NCBI GenBank assembly: GCA_049999805.1
Contig: JBNGIO010006373.1
Location: 561,779 to 625,778 of the forward strand
Reading direction: 5' to 3'
From: Folioceros fuciformis
Lineage: Eukaryota
DNA length: 64,000 bases
Part shown: positions 59,189 through 64,000 of the stretch, piece after piece
Numbering within the stretch: the stretch's first letter is position 1
How the letters are laid out: the number at the start of each line of letters is the position of its first letter
Program-made: the position numbers and the translations under genes
The notes under the pieces: generated by a model
What the model saw: the letters and a program-made list of their open reading frames with translations, nothing else
Databases searched by the model: none
What the model was told of the DNA's origin: nothing

Positions 59189-59632
59189 AGCCCGGCTGGT
59201 CGAGCAGCCAGGCCAAACTGCTCCGCCGACTTGCTTCAGCCCAGCCTAGCTGGTCGAGCAGCCAGGCCAAACTGCTTCGCCGACTTGCTTCGGCCCAGCC
59301 CGGCTGGTCGNNNNNNNNNNNNNNNNNNNNNNNNNNNNNNNNNNNNNNNNNNNNNNNNNNNNNNNNNNNNNNNNNNNNNNNNNNNNNNNNNNNNNNNNNN
59401 NNNNNNNNNNAGCCCGGCTGGTCGAGCAGCCAGGCCAAACTGCTCCGCTGACTTACTTCGGCCCAGCCCGGCTGGTCGAGCAGCCAGGCCAAACTGCTCC
59501 CCCGACTTGCTTCGGCCCAGCTCGGCTGGTCGAGCAGCCAGGCCAAACTGCTCCGTCGACTTGCTTCAGCCCAGCCCGGCTGGTCGAGCAGCCAGGCCAA
59601 ACTGCTCCGCCGACTTGCTTCAGCCTAGCCCA
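59189..59632. repeat. 54-bp GC-rich minisatellite spanning a 100-N gap
   Basis: AGCCCGGCTGGTCGAGCAGCCAGGCCAAACTGCTCCGCCGACTTGCTTCAGCCC repeated at least 6 times. Confidence 0.92.
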
Positions 59633-62600
59633 GCCGGATCCCGCCAACCGCCTGGCGGTTGCCTGGCGATCCAGCCAAGCGCCCGCCGCCGGGTGTTTGG
59701 GCTGCTGGGTGCCTGCTCGCCCTTAGCAATCGGGATGCTGCTAACCCGGCCCTCCTCCGGATCCAGCCGAGTCCCGTTGAGCCTGGCTTCCGCCCTGGCT
59801 AGACTGCCTGTCTGCTGCCGGCCGGATCCGCTTGCCAGCCCGAAGAGCCCTAGGCCACTGCCTGCGTGCAGACTGGCTAGCCTCCCCGTCGCCAGCAATC
59901 TTTCCCTCGGCCAGGCGGCTGCCTGGCCGGATCTGCCTAATAGCCAGTCAGCCGTCCTGACTGTCCTACTGGATCCCGCTGCAGCAGGTCCGCTAGCTAG
60001 CCTCTCTGCCAGCCTTCCCAGCCCGGATCCACTCCTAGCTTGGATTCGGCCCTGATTCGCTACCACCGGCCCGGCTAGCTGATCAACCAGGCCTCCTCGG
60101 ATCCACCAGCAACTAGCTTGCTTGGCCTGGCCGTGCCGAGCTGGACCAGCCACAGCCAGCCCGGCTTCGGAGTCGGCCAGCCAGCCAGCCCCATTGCCGC
60201 TGCTGGCTGCCTGCCATCCTGGTCCATCCCGCTGCCAGTAGGCCAGGCGACTGCTTGGCTACGACAGCTAGCCTGGCCGTTGCCTGGATTCCAACCAGCC
60301 AACCCCTTAATCCGCCTCAGACTCGCCCGCCGGCTAGTCGGGCTGTCATGGCTGGGTCCACCTGCAGCCGGTCCGCCAGCCTACTGCCGCTGCTTTCCCA
60401 AAGGCCGCAAGCTGGCTCCTGCCTTCCGAATCCGGCCAGATCCTGGCCACCGACCTCGCATCTCGCCAGTCTGCTGATCCAGCCACCTGTGCTCTCGTGA
60501 TCCCTATCTATCTACCCGATGCACCATGGCAGTGTCCCGACACCTCCATCCCCACGACCAGTTCTAGGGTTCCCTGTCATCTGCACACCTGTGACCTCTT
60601 ACCACACGTCCTACTTAGACCCTATTCCCTAAACCACTAATCTAACCTCTAAGCTAGCCTAATCTCCTACGAAATTCAATCAGAAATCTCAAAAAAAAGA
60701 AGCACTACCATTTTCCAGGGGATCTGTTCGTCATGTGGACTCCACATTAGTGATGAACTAGCCCTTGCTACAGGACATTACCCAGCTCAGAGGATTCCTG
60801 GGCATGGCCAGCTTCTATAGGCATTTTATCAAGGGCTTCAGCAGGATTGCTATACCCCTGAAGGATGCCCTTAGGCATTCCACAAACAAGCCCAGCTGGG
60901 AGCAGAGGTCGTTGTAGCTTTGGAGCAGCTGAAGTATTAGGCCCTTGGCTCGGCTCCCGTACTGGCCGTGGCAGATCCTCACATGCCATATACAATTCAT
61001 ACAGATGCGTCAGATTACGCCATAGGGCGATTCTATCCCAGCAAGGGAGGGCAATCGCCTATGAAAGCAGGAAGTTCCAAGAAGCACAACTAAACTATCC
61101 AGTGCATGATAAGGAAATGCTGGCCATTACCCATGCCCTGAAAGTTTGGCGACATTACCTCCTGGGACAGAAAGTGGTGTGTCACACAGATCATCACTCC
61201 TTGCAGCATTTCTTCTCTCAGCCCAACTTGAATGCTCGGCAGCGACTGTGGGCTGAAGCCCTAGCAGACTATTATCTGGAGATCCAGTATGTGTCACACT
61301 CAACTAATATGGTTGCAGATGCCTTGAGTTGGCGTGCCTGCACCCTCATGAGAACACAGTCCCAAACAATTCAATTAGTTCAGGACGGGATTCCCCATGA
61401 CCCAGCCTTGTTGCAACTGTACAGACAACTATTGACAGATGCACAGATGGGGGTCCCTACAGCACTTACCCAGCAGTATTTTCTTCAGGATGCTTGTGTG
61501 TATCGAAAGGGGAGACTGGTCATCCCTTCACAGCTCATGGAGGTGAAACAGGCCATCCTGCATGACATGCATGATTCGCCCATTTCGGGTCACCTGGGCA
61601 TTGACAAGACATATGCCAAAGTCAAGGAGTACTTCCATTAGGAAGAGATGCAAGCTGACTACATCAAATGGGTACGCTCCTGCCAGCAAGCCGAGCCCAG
61701 CCATCAGAAGACGCTAGGTCTGCTATTACCCCTGCAAATTCCGAGTGGACGATTCAGGTCAATTGCCATGGACTTCATCACCCACCTGCCATATACCCGT
61801 TCTGAAAAAGACAGTATCTGGGTGGTCACTGACAGGTTCTCCAAGGTCTGCCATTTTGTTCTTGTGACCTCCACCATCACAGCATGCAAGCTCGTTGAGG
61901 TATTCGTCTGTGAGATCTTCCGGTTGCATGGAGCCCCAGAAGACATCGTCTCTGACCAGGATGCTAAGTTCACCTCAGGGTTCTGGAGGACATTCATGGA
62001 AACCTTGGGCATCAAGCAAAACATGTCGTCAGCATATCATCCAGAAACAGACGGGCAAATAGAGAAACAGAACCAGGTCCTGGAAGACATGCTTCGCCAC
62101 TTCACTCATGAGAAACAGACTAGGTGGGAAGAACTCCTCCCTGTGCTGGAGTACGCCTACAACTCGTCGAAGCATGTGGCTACTTGGGTGGCCCCGTTCA
62201 AGCTACTCTATGGAGAAACTCCGCCACCACCAGGCTTGTGGCCCAGCAGCCAGGAGAAGTGGCACAGTGCAGCCGAGGTTACGGAGGATATCTGGCATGA
62301 GGTCAAGTTGGCGAAGGAGAAACTCCTCCCTAGTCGGGACAAATCCTGCAAATCAACCAACAAACATCATCAGGCAGTCAGCTACAGTGTCGGCCAACAG
62401 GTGTGGCTTCGCGTGAAACCACACCGATACCCAGCTCTCATCCAGTCGCGGAACAAGCTAGCCTACCGGTATGCCGGACCCTTCACAGTGTCCCTTCACC
62501 AGCTCGACCTCCCCACTGACTGGTGCCTCTACTGGACGTTCCACGTCTCCATGCTCAAGCCGGTGATCTCCTGCCCACCACCCACCGCCACAACCCAACC

Positions 62601-62974
62601 TGCACACCCACCAGACCCTTCTGCTGAACAGCGACCAGATCCACACCCTTCTCTCCGCCCAGCCCAGACCAAGGCCGCTCCACTAATCAATGCCCCGCCC
62701 TAGCCAGTCCCGCCGTTCCATACAGCTCTTGTTCAAAAACCCTAGCACAGCCGCCAAGTTTTGGCCCTCACCAGCCCCATCGTATCCTCCAGCGTTGCGA
62801 CCACCAGCTCCGATCCCGCTGTGTGTCGGAGTTCCTCGTGGCCTAGACAAGAGAACCCGACGGTGCTGCAACATGGGAACCCGCAGCCTTTTGCAATCAC
62901 TTCCCTCACTTGTGGGCTCAGAAGACAGCTTCCTGAGCTCCCAGACAGATCGGCTAGGAGGACCTGGCTAGCTT

Positions 62975-62987
62975 AAGTGGGGGAGAA
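62975..62987 (+). promoter_or_regulatory. Polypurine tract
   Basis: AAGTGGGGGAGAA directly before the TG of the 3' LTR. Confidence 0.85.
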
Positions 62988-63391
62988 TGACACACACGCA
63001 ACGATGGCCAATCCGCGTGTGGAGTTATCAGGAACGAAGCCACCTTCAGCCATAGCCGGACGAGACAGTAGGAACTGACCCAGAAGGTACCTAACGAGAT
63101 TGCGTAACGAAACAGACACCCAGGTTGAAGACAACTTTTAGACGAACCCTAACTTTGTATTGCCGTTAAGACGAATCCATAAGTAACCCTAGATTAACCA
63201 GCCACTAGACAGGGGATAAATAGCTTACTTAGGGAAAACTAACTGTAACGAACAGCTAACGGCCAAATAATCCTGGTTGTTGGGCAAGGACGCCAACTTC
63301 TTGGCTTGCCCCCATCTCATGTACAAATACCCGATCATGTAGCAATAAAAAACATCCTATCTCCACTAAGCTAGCTCGTACGGTCGTAGCA
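62988..63391 (+). repeat. 3' LTR (404 bp)
   Basis: TG...CA, homologous to the 5' LTR, followed by TSD ATCAT. Confidence 0.93.
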
Positions 63392-64000
63392 ATCATGATA
63401 CAAGAGATACTTTTTGTAAGTCATCAAATGCTTAGAGATACTTCTTACACATTGTTGCACCTTTTTGGTGTTTTGTCTCAACTCTTTCGAGGTGGATAGG
63501 TTTCTCATCTAATTTTTCTCAAGTAATTACAACATTTAGTTGAACCTTTAGACATATGGGGCGGTTTTTTTGTGAGTGCCCCATCCAGTGTCTTGAAACC
63601 TAGCTGGGCTCCTGCCGCCTTTGTGGCTTCGTCTCCCATGCTGGTGATCGTCACGCGCGTTCCTGCTCCTGGCGATTGTAACACTTCTCTCTTAGCTGCG
63701 AACTTCTCCATAACATGCTCGAGTCATTTCGTCAACTTTCTTGTATTTGTTTAGAAGGACTGCAATAAGTCTGTAGACTTTTTTTCTTGAATATTTCGGA
63801 AAAGAATAATCCTTCCAACATAAATGCACAAGGTGGACTTCAGTCATCCACTCCTGGTTAAGCAATTTTGAACATGATGTTTGGATTGTTTCAATTTCAT
63901 CTTGTAGTTGGAAGAGCCCCTAAAGAATTGCTCTTGTGGCCTAGGCCCCTCCTTGGCATCATACTACATGAAGCCAAATGTAAATTATATATCACGCATG

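Larger units (their letters stand above)
56974..60761. mobile_element. Unclassified ~3.8-kb non-autonomous insertion in the Gypsy RT
   Basis: Gypsy RT reads ...KVSAVVE(W*) before and PLLQDITQLRGFLGMASFYR after. The insert has no recognisable protein, several internal tandem repeats and a terminal hairpin followed by CTAG. Confidence 0.8.
47104..63391 (+). mobile_element. Full-length degenerate Ty3/Gypsy LTR retrotransposon with two nested insertions
   Basis: LTRs 47104-47515 and 62988-63391; TSD ATCAT at 47099-47103 and 63392-63396; gag (48712-49400), Zn knuckle CFTCSASGHGSKSC, protease [18 protein letters not shown], RNaseH TDASDYAIG, integrase MDFITHLP...YAGPF in PR-RT-RH-IN order; many stops. 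Confidence 0.95.

Noticed and set aside
59189-59632. Regular repeat array as a CRISPR locus
   Set aside because: Units are contiguous without unique spacers, the context is eukaryotic, and there are no cas genes.
59108-60500. Long ORFs (315, 177, 137 aa) as genes
   Set aside because: They are products of GC-rich tandem repeats and span an N gap; no domains recognised.
60700-60761. Hammerhead ribozyme or snoRNA at the insertion end
   Set aside because: No CUGANGA/GAAA core on either strand; TGATGA is present but there is no partner D box in a plausible arrangement.
62560-62970. Chromodomain at the end of the Gypsy integrase
   Set aside because: The sequence after GPF/FHVS is Pro-rich with no recognisable chromodomain motif.
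63397-64000. Minus-strand coding relic interrupted by the Gypsy insertion (continuing at 46890-47098)
   Set aside because: AT-rich and stop-riddled with no identifiable motif; possibly an old TE but unsupported.

Overview
Eukaryotic, gene-dense land-plant genomic DNA. Short GT-AG introns, GC-rich exons and WW-type PLS-PPR genes point to a non-seed plant, most likely a hornwort (inference). 1-20.1 kb: a decayed pogo-like transposon and housekeeping genes (U-box/ARM E3 ligase, intronless B-type cyclin, branched-chain keto-acid dehydrogenase E2, PIA-like ankyrin protein, TH2-like HAD phosphatase, DUF151 nuclease, class-3 O-methyltransferase). 20.8-38.8 kb: a head-to-tail array of six intronless PLS-class PPR genes of the organellar RNA-editing type. 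They differ mainly in the number of ~104-aa P-L-S modules, and all stop just after a WW-type PG box. Fossil DYW sequence lies in several 3' flanks, and an inverted PPR fragment sits inside the array. 40.9-46.3 kb: an uncharacterised plant gene and GPN3. 47.1-63.4 kb: a full-length but decayed Ty3/Gypsy element (LTRs, PBS, PPT, ATCAT TSD). An L1-like LINE is nested in its gag, and an unclassified 3.8-kb repeat-rich insertion with a terminal hairpin+CTAG is nested in its RT. Exon boundaries were read by eye and no database searches were run.
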